DNA of 58,189 nucleotides, filler included, from Candidatus Woesearchaeota archaeon (lineage in GTDB: Archaea > Nanobdellota > Nanobdellia > Woesearchaeales > ARS49): assembly GCA_016188265.1 (NCBI GenBank). It is 3 parts of 3 records of this genome, joined end to end, with 100 filler letters (N's around TTAATTAATTAA, not from the genome) between each part and the next. Parts side by side here need not be neighbours in the genome. Positions count along the whole stretch, not along the records: positions 25,214 to 50,851 come from JACPID010000017.1; positions 50,952 to 58,189 come from JACPID010000021.1; 1 more part is not named here. The stretch is one strand, 5' to 3'. A model generated the notes under the pieces. The model had not been told where the DNA came from. It saw only the letters and a program-made list of their open reading frames with translations, and made no database searches. The translations under genes were made by a program, and so were the position numbers. Below, one piece after another: positions 47,666-58,189 of this stretch. Position 1 is the stretch's first letter; every line of letters starts with the position of its first letter.

Positions 47666-49348
47666 TTACATTTCTTCAGGAGTGTTAATGCCTAATAGTT
47701 TAAGCCCTGTATTAAGAACTTGTCTTGTGCAATCAACTAATAATAATCTTGCACTGCGCAAACTCTCTTCAGATTGCAAAACAGGGCTGGAATGATAAAA
47801 TTCATTAAACAATCTACACAACTTTATTAAGTATTGTGCAAGAATATGTGGTTTATAATTATTTAAACAATCTTTTAAAATTAAATGCAACCTTGATAAT
47901 TCAGTTATTAATGCATGCTCTTTTGCAGAAAATACACTATAATCAATTTTCTCTTGATCTATTTTTTGTTCTTTTGCTTTGCGAAGTATTGCACAAGCCC
48001 TTGCATGAGTGTACTGAACATAAGGGCCTGTATCGCCTTCAAAATCAAGAATTTTATCCCAATCAAAAAGAATATCTCTTATACGATCATTAACTAAATC
48101 GCCAAAAATAATAGCTCCAACACCAATTTGTTTTGCAACATATTCTTTATCTTTAAGTTCTGGATTTTTTTCTTCTATTATTTTTTTTGTCTTTTCAATA
48201 GCTTGATTTAAAACATCTTCCATAAAAATGATTTTTCCTTTTCTTGTGCTCATTTTGCCTTCTTGAAATCTATAAAGCCCAAATGAAACATGGACAAATT
48301 GTTTTTCTGGCCAGCCGAGCATATCAGCTAATCTAAATAATTGCTTAAAACGATAAGTTTGTTCATTGCCAACAACATAAATAATTTTATCAGGAGCGTA
48401 AGTTTCTCTTCTGAATTTCATAGCAGCCAAATCTCTTAACTCATATGTGCTTGCACCGTCACTTTTTACAAGAATAAGAGGAGTTTCAAAACTTTGAAGT
48501 TTAACAACTTGAGCGTGCTGATCCTCAACAAGCAAGCCTTTTTCTTTAACAACATCAAGTATTTGTTCAAGTTTATCATTATAAAAAGATTCTCCGTCAT
48601 AACTGTCAAATTCAACACTTACTAAATCATAAATTTTCCTAAACTCATCCAAACTAAGATGTTTAAACTTTGACCATAATTTTAATGCTTCTGAATTGCC
48701 TTTTTCAAGCTTCTTAAACCATTCTTTAGCTTCTTGATGAAGAAAAGGATTTTTTTCTTCTTCTTTATGAAATTTTGTGTATAACTCAAACAAGTAAATA
48801 ATTGGGTTTTCAGCTAATTTTTCACTGTTTCCCCACTTAAAATATGCAGCCAAAAGTGCGCCAAATTGAGTCCCCCAATCACCCAAATGATTAACTCTTA
48901 CTGTTTTATAACTAAAATGATTGTAAATTTTATTCAATGAATTGCCCATCATAGTACTTCTTAAGTGCCCTATGCCAAAAGGTTTTGCAATATTAGGATG
49001 AGAAAAATCAAGAACAATTGTTTTCCCGATTCCTTCAGAAGAACTTCCGTAATTTTCTTTTTTTTCTTGTATTTGCTTTAAAACAACTTCTGCAAAAAAT
49101 TTTTTATTTAAGAAAAAGTTCACATAACCTCCTTTTAGTTCAATACGTTCAAGAAATTTAGGAAGCTTTATGCTTTTTGCAAGTTCTTGAGCAATAATGT
49201 GAGATCCTTTTTTCAAAAGTTTAGCAAAAGGAAAACACGCAAGAGCATAATCCCCCATAGACTGATCTGGAGGAACTTCTAATTCAACATCTTGTTTCAA
49301 ATGCTTTTTAATAAGTTCTTTTAATTCTTGCTCAAACATATTTATCAC
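47666..49348 (-). CDS. argS: Arginine--tRNA ligase
   Basis: FSHPNIAK...IGHLRS, GDWGTQFG, KMSTRKG, GDTGPYVQY.HAR, PEEM. Confidence 0.97.
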   Translation of the reverse strand: MINMFEQELKELIKKHLKQDVELEVPPDQSMGDYALACFPFAKLLKKGSHIIAQELAKSIKLPKFLERIELKGGYVNFFLNKKFFAEVVLKQIQEKKENYGSSSEGIGKTIVLDFSHPNIAKPFGIGHLRSTMMGNSLNKIYNHFSYKTVRVNHLGDWGTQFGALLAAYFKWGNSEKLAENPIIYLFELYTKFHKEEEKNPFLHQEAKEWFKKLEKGNSEALKLWSKFKHLSLDEFRKIYDLVSVEFDSYDGESFYNDKLEQILDVVKEKGLLVEDQHAQVVKLQSFETPLILVKSDGASTYELRDLAAMKFRRETYAPDKIIYVVGNEQTYRFKQLFRLADMLGWPEKQFVHVSFGLYRFQEGKMSTRKGKIIFMEDVLNQAIEKTKKIIEEKNPELKDKEYVAKQIGVGAIIFGDLVNDRIRDILFDWDKILDFEGDTGPYVQYTHARACAILRKAKEQKIDQEKIDYSVFSAKEHALITELSRLHLILKDCLNNYKPHILAQYLIKLCRLFNEFYHSSPVLQSEESLRSARLLLVDCTRQVLNTGLKLLGINTPEEM

Positions 49349-49477
49349 TAAAGAAAGAATTTAGATATTTAAATACTTATTTATTCAGCATCTCCAGCGA
49401 AAGATAAAATAATTCTCATAGGAGCTGAATGGTGGAAGGAGATCATAAGGTGCGTAACCCCTTATTTCATAACATAT

Positions 49478-50719
49478 TTAGGTGTTAATTAAAAAGTCTA
49501 GTATTGGTGTGAGTATTATGTCACCTTTGGTTTCTTTAGTGTTTTTGGTGATTATTGTGAACTTTTTAATTTGTCTGAATTTTTTTTTAATTTCTTCTAG
49601 TCCTTGGAATTCTCTTTCAGGTATTTTTTCAGATGACACTACGTTAATTGCGTTATCGTTGACTATAAAGTCTACTTCATTTTTTTCTGACCAGTAAGAG
49701 ATGCCATTGTGTTTTTCTATTAGTTTTATGCACACTGCGTTTTCGTATTTTTTTCCATTTTCTTTGGAGAATTTTATATCGGCAAGATTTATTAGTCCAT
49801 TGTCTGCAGAGTATATTTTTGATAATTTTGTTACGTCATGCTTTATTCTTGCTGAATATGAAAAGTAGTTTACTTCGTAGAATAAGAAAGTATCTAAAAG
49901 GTATTTAACGTAAGTTATTGTTGTTTCATTCGATAGTCCAAAGCTTTTGGCTAGTTTGTGATAACTTATTTTTTGTCCAGTATTAGCACAAAGGTATTTT
50001 GCCAATAAATGTACTTGTTTTGGATTTCTGACGTTATAACGATCTATGACATCTTTATGTATTATATCATCGAAATACTGGTGTAATAGTTTAAGTTTTA
50101 CATTAGGCTCTTTTTCAAGTACTACTTCAGGAAAGCCGCCATACTCCAAATATTCGTTTAAAAGGTCCGCTTTGCTACCTTCTTTAAAATCGAGTAATTC
50201 AGTGAAAGATAGCGGTTTTATTTGGAATGAGATATTCCTTCCGGTTAGTTTAGTTGAGAATTCCTTAGAAATTAAAGATGCTGAGCTTCCACTTATTATA
50301 AATTTTATATTTTCTTGAAGGTCATATTTTGTTCTGATCCACTTTTCCCAATCTTCTACTAGTTGTATTTCGTCTATAAAAAAGAAAATTCTCTTTGAGG
50401 GGTTCATTCGCTTCAAATACACCTGTAATACTAATTCTAATAATTCTATGCTTAAGAATCGGGAAAGATTATAATCCTCCAGATTTAAATAAAGAATCTG
50501 CTTTTTTGAAAAACCTTTCTTATTCAATACAGTCATTAATTGCTTCATTATGGTAGATTTTCCAGAACGTCTGATGCCTTTTAAAACAATGATCTCTTTT
50601 CTATTCATAAACTTAAGAATCTCGTTAATGTACTGTCTTCTAGGTAAGCCGGTATTAATTTTTTCATTCCAATTGTTCCACTTATCAAGAATATTTATTA
50701 GAGTCTGCTCGTTGATCAT
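49478..50719 (-). CDS. AAA_14 + DUF4143 ATP-binding protein
   Basis: GIRRSGKS, NLED, FIDEIQ, SGSSA, YGGFP, KIY..DNG, EVDF. Confidence 0.92.
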   Translation of the reverse strand: MINEQTLINILDKWNNWNEKINTGLPRRQYINEILKFMNRKEIIVLKGIRRSGKSTIMKQLMTVLNKKGFSKKQILYLNLEDYNLSRFLSIELLELVLQVYLKRMNPSKRIFFFIDEIQLVEDWEKWIRTKYDLQENIKFIISGSSASLISKEFSTKLTGRNISFQIKPLSFTELLDFKEGSKADLLNEYLEYGGFPEVVLEKEPNVKLKLLHQYFDDIIHKDVIDRYNVRNPKQVHLLAKYLCANTGQKISYHKLAKSFGLSNETTITYVKYLLDTFLFYEVNYFSYSARIKHDVTKLSKIYSADNGLINLADIKFSKENGKKYENAVCIKLIEKHNGISYWSEKNEVDFIVNDNAINVVSSEKIPEREFQGLEEIKKKFRQIKKFTIITKNTKETKGDIILTPILDFLINT

Positions 50720-50851
50720 ACTCTAAAGAAAGCAGTACTAGTATTTAAAGGTTTTCATTGTATCGGTAACCTTTATAAATGCCACTAATTTAGTAAAATT
50801 CAGAATAGGCTGCATTTTCTTAAGCCCCCTATGCTGTTGTTAAAACCCACC

Positions 50852-50951
50852 NNNNNNNNNNNNNNNNNNNNNNNNNNNNNNNNNNNNNNNNNNNNTTAAT
50901 TAATTAANNNNNNNNNNNNNNNNNNNNNNNNNNNNNNNNNNNNNNNNNNNN
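50852..50951. other. Artificial contig spacer/gap
   Basis: N run containing TTAATTAATTAA. Confidence 0.97.
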
Positions 50952-51008
50952 CAAAAGTTTAGGAATTTATCCGAAACTACAATTAGAAAACAAATACTAA
51001 AAACTATC

Positions 51009-53783
51009 ATGGCAAAAAAACAATCAGAAGAAACAAAAACACCTGAAGAAGTTGAAGAAAAAAAAGTTTCTCCAGAGGAATTGGAAGATGATGAAAAAAT
51101 AGAAGGAACTGATGTAGCAAAATCAGAAGAAGAATCAATAACACCAGAAGGTGAAAAAGAAAAAATTGTTTCAAAAGAAGTAAGTAAAGAATCTTTATCA
51201 AGAGCAGTTGTTGAATCAACACAACAATATATTTACAAAAAAGTGAAAAGCATAGTATTCGGTGTTTTATCGCCAAAAATGATTAAAAAAATGGCGAGCG
51301 CTAAAATAGTTACACCAGAACTATATGATAAAGAAGGATATCCTGTTGATGGCGGATTAATGGATATCAGATTAGGAGTTATTGATCCAGGACTGCGTTG
51401 TAAAACCTGCAGTTCAAAATTAAAAGAATGTGTTGGCCATTTTGGATACATTGAACTTGCACGTCCAGTTATTCATGTTAACTTTATAACTGAAATATTA
51501 AATTCTCTTAAGTGCACTTGCCGTGAATGTGGCAGAATTCTTCTCAGCGATGATAAAGTTAAGAAAACAGTTAAAGATTTAGAAAAAGTTGAACAAACAG
51601 AAGGGCTTGATGCTCGCAGGGATGCAATAAAAGAATTTATCAAATCATTAAAATTAATTCAAAAATGCCCTCATTGTAAAGCAAAACAATACAAAATATC
51701 ACTTGAAAAACCATACACATTCAAAGAACAAGAAAAAACAATCGGCCCAATAGAAATTAGAACAAGACTCGAACGCATTTCTGATGATGATGCGTTACTG
51801 CTTGGATTTAATGCAAAGGTTGTTCGTCCTGAATGGATGGTATTAACAATATTAGCAATTCCGCCAGTTACTGTCAGGCCATCAATAACTCTTGAAAGCG
51901 GAGAAAGGAGCGAAGATGATCTTACACATAAATTAGGAGATATTGTTCGTATTAATCAAAGATTGTTTGAGAACATAAATGCGGGAGCGCCTGAAACAAT
52001 AATTGAAGATTTATGGGATTTATTACAATACCATGTAACAACATTTTTTGATAATGAAGTTGCTCAACTACCTCCTGCAAGACATAGAAGTGGACAGCCT
52101 CTTAAAACATTATCTGAACGTATAAAAAGCAAAGAAGGAAGAATACGCCATAATCTCGCAGGAAAAAGAACTAACTTCTGTGCACGAACAGTTATTAGCC
52201 CAGATCCAATGTTAGGAATTAATGAAGTTGGCGTGCCATTAATTGTTGCAATGAAAGTAACAGTTCCAGAGACAATTAACACTTGGAACATGAATTATTT
52301 GAAAAAGTATGTTGAAAAAGGGCCTGCCAAATATCCTGGAGCTAACTACATAATAAGGCCAGATGGAAAAAAGAAAAAAATAACAGAAGAAACAAAAGAA
52401 GCATTGCTTGAAGAATTACAACCAGGTTATGTAATTGAGAGACATTTGCTTGATGGAGATATTGCTCTTTTTAACAGACAGCCAAGCTTGCACAGAATGA
52501 GTATGATGTGCCATCGTGTAAAAGTGCTTCCTTATAAAACCTTAAGATTAAATCCTGCTGTTTGCGCTCCTTATAATGCAGACTTTGATGGAGATGAAAT
52601 GAACTTGCATATTCCACAAAATGAAGAATCTCGTGCTGAAGCTGAATTATTAATGCAAGTTCAAACTCAATTAATCAGCCCAAGATATGGATTAAGCGTT
52701 ATTGGTTGTTTACAGGACGCGATCTCTGGAAATTTTGTATTAACAAGAGATTTACAAATGAGTCGTGAAGATGCTATAGAATTATTATGCAATGTAGGTG
52801 TTTTTGATTTCAAAAGATTGCCAAACAAAAAATTAGTTAATGGTAAAGAAATATTTAGTTTAATTCTACCTGAAGATTTTTCATTTAAAGGAAAAACAAA
52901 AAGCGGAGAACTTGTAGTTATTGAAAATGGGCAATTAAAAGAAGGAGTTATGGATACTCACAGCATTGGCGGAGAAGGTGAAGGAGTTCTTTTAAGAAGT
53001 TTACATAAAAAATATGGCGCTGATAGAACCATTGAAATTTTACAAAAAATATTTCGTCTAGGAATTGAAGTATTAATGAAAAGAGGATTTACTACAACAC
53101 TTGCAGATACAGATTTAAGCAGCGAAGCAACAGAGCAGATCCAGTCTACACTTGATAAAGCAGAAGAAGAAGTTCAACAAATAATTCAGTTATTTTATAA
53201 CAAAACACTCGAAACATTTCCTGGAAGAACATTAAAAGAAACTTTAGAAATGAAAATAATGGAAATTCTTAACAGAGCACGTAATACTTGCGGTAGTTTA
53301 ATCAAAAAACACTTGGATAAAACAACACATACTGCAATCATGGCAGAAAGTGGCGCTCGTGGAAATATTTTGAACGTAGTTCAGATGAGTGCGTGTGTTG
53401 GCCAGCAAGCATTGCGAGGAAAAAGAATTGAAAAAGGATTTAAACAAAGAACATTGTCTTGCTTTAAAAGAAATGATTTATCTCCTGAAGCCAGAGGCTT
53501 TGTACGTTCAGGATACAAGGCAGGATTAAATCCAAAAGAATTTTTCTTTCATGCAATAACTGGAAGAGATAGCTTAATGGATACTGCTTTAAGAACACCA
53601 AAATCAGGATACCTTTATAGAAGGCTTGCAAATGCAATGCAAGATCTTAAAGTAGAATATGATAAAACAGTCAGGGATGCAAGTAAAAAGATAATTCAGT
53701 TTCATTATGGAGAAGATGATCTTGATGTTTCAAAAACAGAAAGCGGAGTTATTGATGTTAAAAAAATAATTGAGCAGGTGTAA
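51009..53783 (+). CDS. rpoA1: RNA polymerase subunit A' (Rpo1N)
   Basis: CVGHFG, NRQPSLH, catalytic [18 protein letters not shown]. Confidence 0.99.
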   Translation: MAKKQSEETKTPEEVEEKKVSPEELEDDEKIEGTDVAKSEEESITPEGEKEKIVSKEVSKESLSRAVVESTQQYIYKKVKSIVFGVLSPKMIKKMASAKIVTPELYDKEGYPVDGGLMDIRLGVIDPGLRCKTCSSKLKECVGHFGYIELARPVIHVNFITEILNSLKCTCRECGRILLSDDKVKKTVKDLEKVEQTEGLDARRDAIKEFIKSLKLIQKCPHCKAKQYKISLEKPYTFKEQEKTIGPIEIRTRLERISDDDALLLGFNAKVVRPEWMVLTILAIPPVTVRPSITLESGERSEDDLTHKLGDIVRINQRLFENINAGAPETIIEDLWDLLQYHVTTFFDNEVAQLPPARHRSGQPLKTLSERIKSKEGRIRHNLAGKRTNFCARTVISPDPMLGINEVGVPLIVAMKVTVPETINTWNMNYLKKYVEKGPAKYPGANYIIRPDGKKKKITEETKEALLEELQPGYVIERHLLDGDIALFNRQPSLHRMSMMCHRVKVLPYKTLRLNPAVCAPYNADFDGDEMNLHIPQNEESRAEAELLMQVQTQLISPRYGLSVIGCLQDAISGNFVLTRDLQMSREDAIELLCNVGVFDFKRLPNKKLVNGKEIFSLILPEDFSFKGKTKSGELVVIENGQLKEGVMDTHSIGGEGEGVLLRSLHKKYGADRTIEILQKIFRLGIEVLMKRGFTTTLADTDLSSEATEQIQSTLDKAEEEVQQIIQLFYNKTLETFPGRTLKETLEMKIMEILNRARNTCGSLIKKHLDKTTHTAIMAESGARGNILNVVQMSACVGQQALRGKRIEKGFKQRTLSCFKRNDLSPEARGFVRSGYKAGLNPKEFFFHAITGRDSLMDTALRTPKSGYLYRRLANAMQDLKVEYDKTVRDASKKIIQFHYGEDDLDVSKTESGVIDVKKIIEQV

Positions 53784-53784
53784 A

Positions 53785-54912
53785 ATGGTGCATGAACAAT
53801 TAAAGCAGTATGTTGAAAAGATTCCTAATAAATTATTAGAAGAACTTGAAGCACATTGTCCGGCATCAAAACTAAAAAAAGCTGCAGAAAAATTATGTGA
53901 AGAATACTTAAACGCAAATATTGCTCCAGGAGAGGCAGTTGGTTTGATAAGTGCAGAATCTATTGGTGAACCTGGAACTCAGATGACATTAAATACATTT
54001 CACTTTGCAGGAGTCGCAGAAATGAATGTTACGATGGGTTTACCTCGAATGGTAGAAATCCTTGATGCTCGTAAAAGCATATCTACACCAACAATGGAGA
54101 TATTTCTAAAAAGCCCATACAACAAAGGAAAAGATATTCGTGATGTTGCATTGCAAATAAAAGAAACAAGTACAAGTTATTTTGTAAAAGAATTTACAAT
54201 TAATGTTACTAACCTAAGCATAGAACTTAATCTTGACCAAGAAAAGATCAGAGAAGTTCATACAAGTGTTAAAACACTTGCGAAAGCTCTTGAAAAAGCT
54301 CTTGTGAAAGAAGCTAGCATAAAATTAGTAGAAGGAGATAACATAGAGCTTAAACTTAAAGGAAAAGATGAAAAAAGTTTAAATGTACTTTATAAATTAA
54401 AAGAAAAACTAAAAGACATATATGTAACAGGAATTAAAGGAATAAAACAAGTTCTTCCTGTTAAAAGAAAAGATGAATTCATCATCATAACTGCAGGTTC
54501 AAATTTGAAAAAAGTATTAGAACTTGAATTTGTTGACACAACAAGAACAGTAACAAATGATATTCATGAAATAAATAGCACTTTAGGCATAGAAGCTGCA
54601 AGACAGGCCATTATTGATGAATTATTAAAAGTTATAGAAGCTCAAGGCCTTAATGTTGATTTAAGGCATATAATGCTGGTTGCAGATACCATGTGTATGG
54701 GCGGTTCAATAAAAGGAATAACAAGATATGGAGTTGTAAGTGAAAAAGCAAGTGTTCTTGCGCGCGCAAGTTTTGAAACTCCTTTAAGACACCTTACAAA
54801 TGCTGCTTTAGTAGGAGAAATTGATTATCTTGATTCAGTAGTTGAAAACGTAATGCTTAATCAGCCTGTTCCTATTGGCACTGGTTTGCCTAGAGTTATT
54901 GCTAAAAAATAA
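53785..54912 (+). CDS. rpoA2: RNA polymerase subunit A'' (Rpo1C)
   Basis: [33 protein letters not shown]; start at ATG 53785. Confidence 0.98.
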   Translation: MVHEQLKQYVEKIPNKLLEELEAHCPASKLKKAAEKLCEEYLNANIAPGEAVGLISAESIGEPGTQMTLNTFHFAGVAEMNVTMGLPRMVEILDARKSISTPTMEIFLKSPYNKGKDIRDVALQIKETSTSYFVKEFTINVTNLSIELNLDQEKIREVHTSVKTLAKALEKALVKEASIKLVEGDNIELKLKGKDEKSLNVLYKLKEKLKDIYVTGIKGIKQVLPVKRKDEFIIITAGSNLKKVLELEFVDTTRTVTNDIHEINSTLGIEAARQAIIDELLKVIEAQGLNVDLRHIMLVADTMCMGGSIKGITRYGVVSEKASVLARASFETPLRHLTNAALVGEIDYLDSVVENVMLNQPVPIGTGLPRVIAKK

Positions 54913-54936
54913 AAATCCAATCTGCAGCAAATAAAA

Positions 54937-55218
54937 ATGGCTAAAAAAAATACATCAACCTTAGGAAGAGAATTACAGCTTCAAGCTGCACAAGAAAAAC
55001 TTGTTTTTGGTACAAAACAAACTTTAAAATTAAGCAAGCTAGGAAAACTTGCAAAAGTTATTGTTTCAAAAAACTGTCAAGATTTTGTTAAAGAAAGATT
55101 AACTTACTATTCTTCAATAAGTAAACTTGAAATAGTACAAACTCCCTATTCAAGCGAACAATTAGGAGCTCTTTGCAAAAAACCATTTACTGTTTCTGTT
55201 ATTGGTATTAAGTTATGA
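54937..55218 (+). CDS. rpl30e: 50S ribosomal protein L30e
   Basis: G.KQT.K, LG..C.KPF.VS; conserved position. Confidence 0.93.
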   Translation: MAKKNTSTLGRELQLQAAQEKLVFGTKQTLKLSKLGKLAKVIVSKNCQDFVKERLTYYSSISKLEIVQTPYSSEQLGALCKKPFTVSVIGIKL

Positions 55219-55646
55219 AATCACGAATTTACGACACTTCGCTTATTCAGTATATAACTTTATTTGAGTCAGTTACAAAAACAAATCTTAAAGATTGCCT
55301 GAGTGAAGGTGAAACACTTATTTTTATTGTTGAACCTGAACAGATGGGAAAAGCAATAGGCAAAAATGGAAAAACTGTTCAAAGATTGCAACACCTTACA
55401 AAGAAAAGAATCAAAATTGTAGAATTCTCAGAAGATGTCATAAACTTTATAAAGAACCTCATCACACCTCTTCAAATAGATGATGTATCATTGAAAGATG
55501 AAACAGCAATAGTAACAACAAGCAATGCACAAATTAAAAATGCATTGATTGGAAGAAATTCATCAAAAATAAAACAATATGAAAAAATTGTTCAAAGATT
55601 TTTTCAAGTTAAAAATATTCAGGTAAAATATACACATGGGAAATAA
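55215..55646 (+). CDS. nusA: Archaeal NusA
   Basis: FE..T....KDC, AIGKNG, IKIVE, IGRN KH motifs. Confidence 0.94.
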   Translation: MKSRIYDTSLIQYITLFESVTKTNLKDCLSEGETLIFIVEPEQMGKAIGKNGKTVQRLQHLTKKRIKIVEFSEDVINFIKNLITPLQIDDVSLKDETAIVTTSNAQIKNALIGRNSSKIKQYEKIVQRFFQVKNIQVKYTHGK

Positions 55647-56073
55647 AGCTAATGGAATGCGAGCAAGCGCTTCTTTAAAGAATAGACGCCATCATGGACT
55701 TTGGAGAAAAAAGTCTTATGTACGCAAAGTCCTTGGCTTAAAAAAAAAAGCAGATCCTTTAGAAGGTGCATCTCAAGCTAAAGCTCTGGTATTAACTAAA
55801 GTAGAAATAGAAGCAAAACAACCTAATTCTGCAAAAAGAAAATGTTGTAGAGTTCAACTTATTAAAAACGGGCGTCAAATCACTGCATTTATTCCTGGTG
55901 ATGGAGCTCAAAAATTAATTGATGAACATGATGAAGTATTAATTGAAAGTATCGGAGGCCCAAGAGGAAGATCTATGGGAGACCTCTCAGGCATTCGCTG
56001 GCAAGTTATCAAAGTAAATGATCAAAGTTTAAGAGCATTATTAAGTGGTAAGCTGGAGAAAGCACGAAGATGA
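55636..56073 (+). CDS. rps12: 30S ribosomal protein S12
   Basis: [28 protein letters not shown]. Confidence 0.97.
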   Translation: MGNKANGMRASASLKNRRHHGLWRKKSYVRKVLGLKKKADPLEGASQAKALVLTKVEIEAKQPNSAKRKCCRVQLIKNGRQITAFIPGDGAQKLIDEHDEVLIESIGGPRGRSMGDLSGIRWQVIKVNDQSLRALLSGKLEKARR

Positions 56074-56669
56074 GTTCAATTCTTGTTTTTAATAAATGGA
56101 ATACAGAAAGTATTGAAGTTAAAGATCCAGGATTAAAACAGTATATAAATCTTACACCTCAATATGTTCCAAGAACTGGCGCAAGATATGCTACACATAG
56201 ATTTCATAAATCAAAAGTATTTATTCTTGAACGATTGATGAATAAATTAATGGTTCCAGGCCACAGGTCTAAAAAACATGTTAAAAGCTCAGGACACTGT
56301 ACTGGAACTGCAGTACAAGCTTATTCTATTATTAAAAAAACAATGGAGATTATTGAACAGAAAACAAAAAAAAATCCCATTGAAGTATTTGTTCAAGCGC
56401 TTGAAAATGCATCCCCTAGAGAAGAAGTAGTATCTATAGAATACGGAGGAGCAAGATACACTAAAGCAGTAGAGTGTGCACCACAAAGAAGAGTTGATAT
56501 TACATTAAGACATTTTATTCAAGGAGCTTATGATCATAGTTTTAATAAAAAAACAAGCATTGAAAATGCATTAGCAGAAGAAATACTTGCAGCATACAAA
56601 TCAGACCAGAAATCAACAGCAATTTCAAAAAAAAATGAAATTGAAAGACAAGCAGATGCCAGCAGATAA
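56070..56669 (+). CDS. rps7: 30S ribosomal protein S7
   Basis: DPGL..YI, NP......A.EN..PREE, P.RRVD, ERQA..SR. Confidence 0.97.
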   Translation: MSSILVFNKWNTESIEVKDPGLKQYINLTPQYVPRTGARYATHRFHKSKVFILERLMNKLMVPGHRSKKHVKSSGHCTGTAVQAYSIIKKTMEIIEQKTKKNPIEVFVQALENASPREEVVSIEYGGARYTKAVECAPQRRVDITLRHFIQGAYDHSFNKKTSIENALAEEILAAYKSDQKSTAISKKNEIERQADASR

Positions 56670-56753
56670 ATATTCTTAAATCTATTTCTTCAACAAAAAG
56701 AGAAATCTTCAATTAACGTAAGTATTTTAAATTATTAAAAATTCTTGTTATAT

Positions 56754-57848
56754 ATGAGCAGAGAATTAACGCGATCAGTAAAAGATTCACATATTTTTTT
56801 TGAAGATGATATGTTTAACAGATCTGTCAAGAAAGTATTAAGACCTTACGTCAGAAATGGCCGTATTGTCCAGCTCGATACAACAATAGACAGGCTTTTT
56901 GTACATGTTGCAGAAGAATTTTCAAATCCTTATTGTTTAGGAAAACAAACATTACATGAATTTACTCATTCTGGAGTACAAATTGCAGTCCATGATTATT
57001 TTTCAAAAATTCCCAGTTATACTTGTGGATCTATCTCTGTAAATAATACACACATTTTTATTTTTGATAGTAAAGCTCCTGCTAATCTTTATGTTGGAAA
57101 TTCATTAAATAAGCTTGAAGAATTAGCAGTTGGTCAAAGAAGATTATATATTATTTCTCGAAATTCAGGTAAGCTTGAGGAAGTAGGTTTATTAGTTTAC
57201 CCAGTTTCAAATCTAACAGCTGACAACGATGGAAGACTTTATGGAATGTGTGGAAAAACATGGGATATTGTAAAATTAGTACGACAAAAAGTTTTAGAAG
57301 AATCATCAGTAGACAATTCAGTTGTACAGACAAGTTTTGATATGGTGCCAAATTTAAAGCTAAGTTTTTTTGGTGTTCAGAAAATCTTTGATAAACAAAA
57401 AAGCTGGGTATTAGAACCACTTATGAGAACACTTGATGATCATATAATTCTATATGATCGCCATGACAAAAGTGTTCGAGGGGTTAATTGTGAAGTGCCT
57501 GAAGAATTATATCTTGATGCTGATGAAAAAGAAAACATGTTAAGATCGGCAAGCGATTTCGTCTTTTTAAAAAATTTCATGGTTTGTAAAATTTATGAGT
57601 ATTTTGGTTCATCTCCGCCTTATAGAAAACAGCTGAGTTTCAAAGGAATTGCCTATGCCTCTGATGAAATTTTTACGTATAAAACTAAACTTATGAAACA
57701 TACATTTGCATTTGGAAGTATGCGCCCATTGTTAGGAGATAGTTTTGTCCAGCAATGGGACAATAGAACAATAAAAAAAATAGATATTAAAAAAAATCAC
57801 AAAAAAGGATTAACTCAACTAATGCATCATTTTCTACAAAAAATTTAA
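56754..57848 (+). CDS. Hypothetical protein
   Basis: Long ORF with no recognisable motif; ATG at 56754. Confidence 0.65.
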   Translation: MSRELTRSVKDSHIFFEDDMFNRSVKKVLRPYVRNGRIVQLDTTIDRLFVHVAEEFSNPYCLGKQTLHEFTHSGVQIAVHDYFSKIPSYTCGSISVNNTHIFIFDSKAPANLYVGNSLNKLEELAVGQRRLYIISRNSGKLEEVGLLVYPVSNLTADNDGRLYGMCGKTWDIVKLVRQKVLEESSVDNSVVQTSFDMVPNLKLSFFGVQKIFDKQKSWVLEPLMRTLDDHIILYDRHDKSVRGVNCEVPEELYLDADEKENMLRSASDFVFLKNFMVCKIYEYFGSSPPYRKQLSFKGIAYASDEIFTYKTKLMKHTFAFGSMRPLLGDSFVQQWDNRTIKKIDIKKNHKKGLTQLMHHFLQKI

Positions 57849-58189
57849 GTATTGTATCATAAAAAGTTCTCTTAAGAAAACCCTTCTTTCTTTATTTTGC
57901 TGCAAAAAACATTGAGTAATAACTCGTGTTGATTATCCGAAGGTTTGTATCTATATGTTCTTTTACTTGGATTTCTAAAAGTTTTTGTACTTTATCAAAA
58001 ACATCGTTTCTATGATAATAACCAATTCCGATAAAAAGTTTCATTTAATAAAGTATTTTCATTCAATTATAAAAGATTATGCTAACCTAAAGTTTTGCGT
58101 TTTTTTATTGATCTAGGCAAAACTTTAGAACCTATACTTTTGTCTATTTACTTATAAAATGCAAAAGTCTAGCTAACGAAACATTTAAA

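Overview
Low-GC archaeal sequence, most consistent with a DPANN (Woesearchaeota/Nanoarchaeota-like) genome bin. The taxonomic call is an inference from the archaeal RNAP, exosome, proteasome and r-protein genes, the AT-rich short intergenic regions and the intron-rich tRNAs. The window is three pieces joined by artificial N spacers containing TTAATTAATTAA (25114-25213, 50852-50951), so adjacency across them is not meaningful. Core genes are rpo1N/rpo1C-rpl30e-nusA-rps12-rps7, rpo7-spt4, pop5-psmA-rrp4-rrp41-rrp42-rpo6, trpS, gltX, argS, purA, aIF-1A, a DRG GTPase, SSB and an unannotated 54-aa short histone. RNA genes are SRP RNA and five tRNAs, all with introns, two at non-canonical positions. 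Accessory content includes three AAA_14/DUF4143 ATPases, MNT-HEPN and DUF4258/YgiT toxin-antitoxin pairs, decayed toxin fragments, a 1922-aa beta-helix surface protein, and nested palindromic repeats, one resembling the IscB/HEARO omega-RNA 5' end. The best novelty candidate is an unassigned ~220-nt multi-branched RNA (37413-37632, minus strand). It has its own TATA promoter, self-complementary loop segments and a downstream 41-aa Lys-rich ORF. All folds and family calls are by eye, with no database searches.
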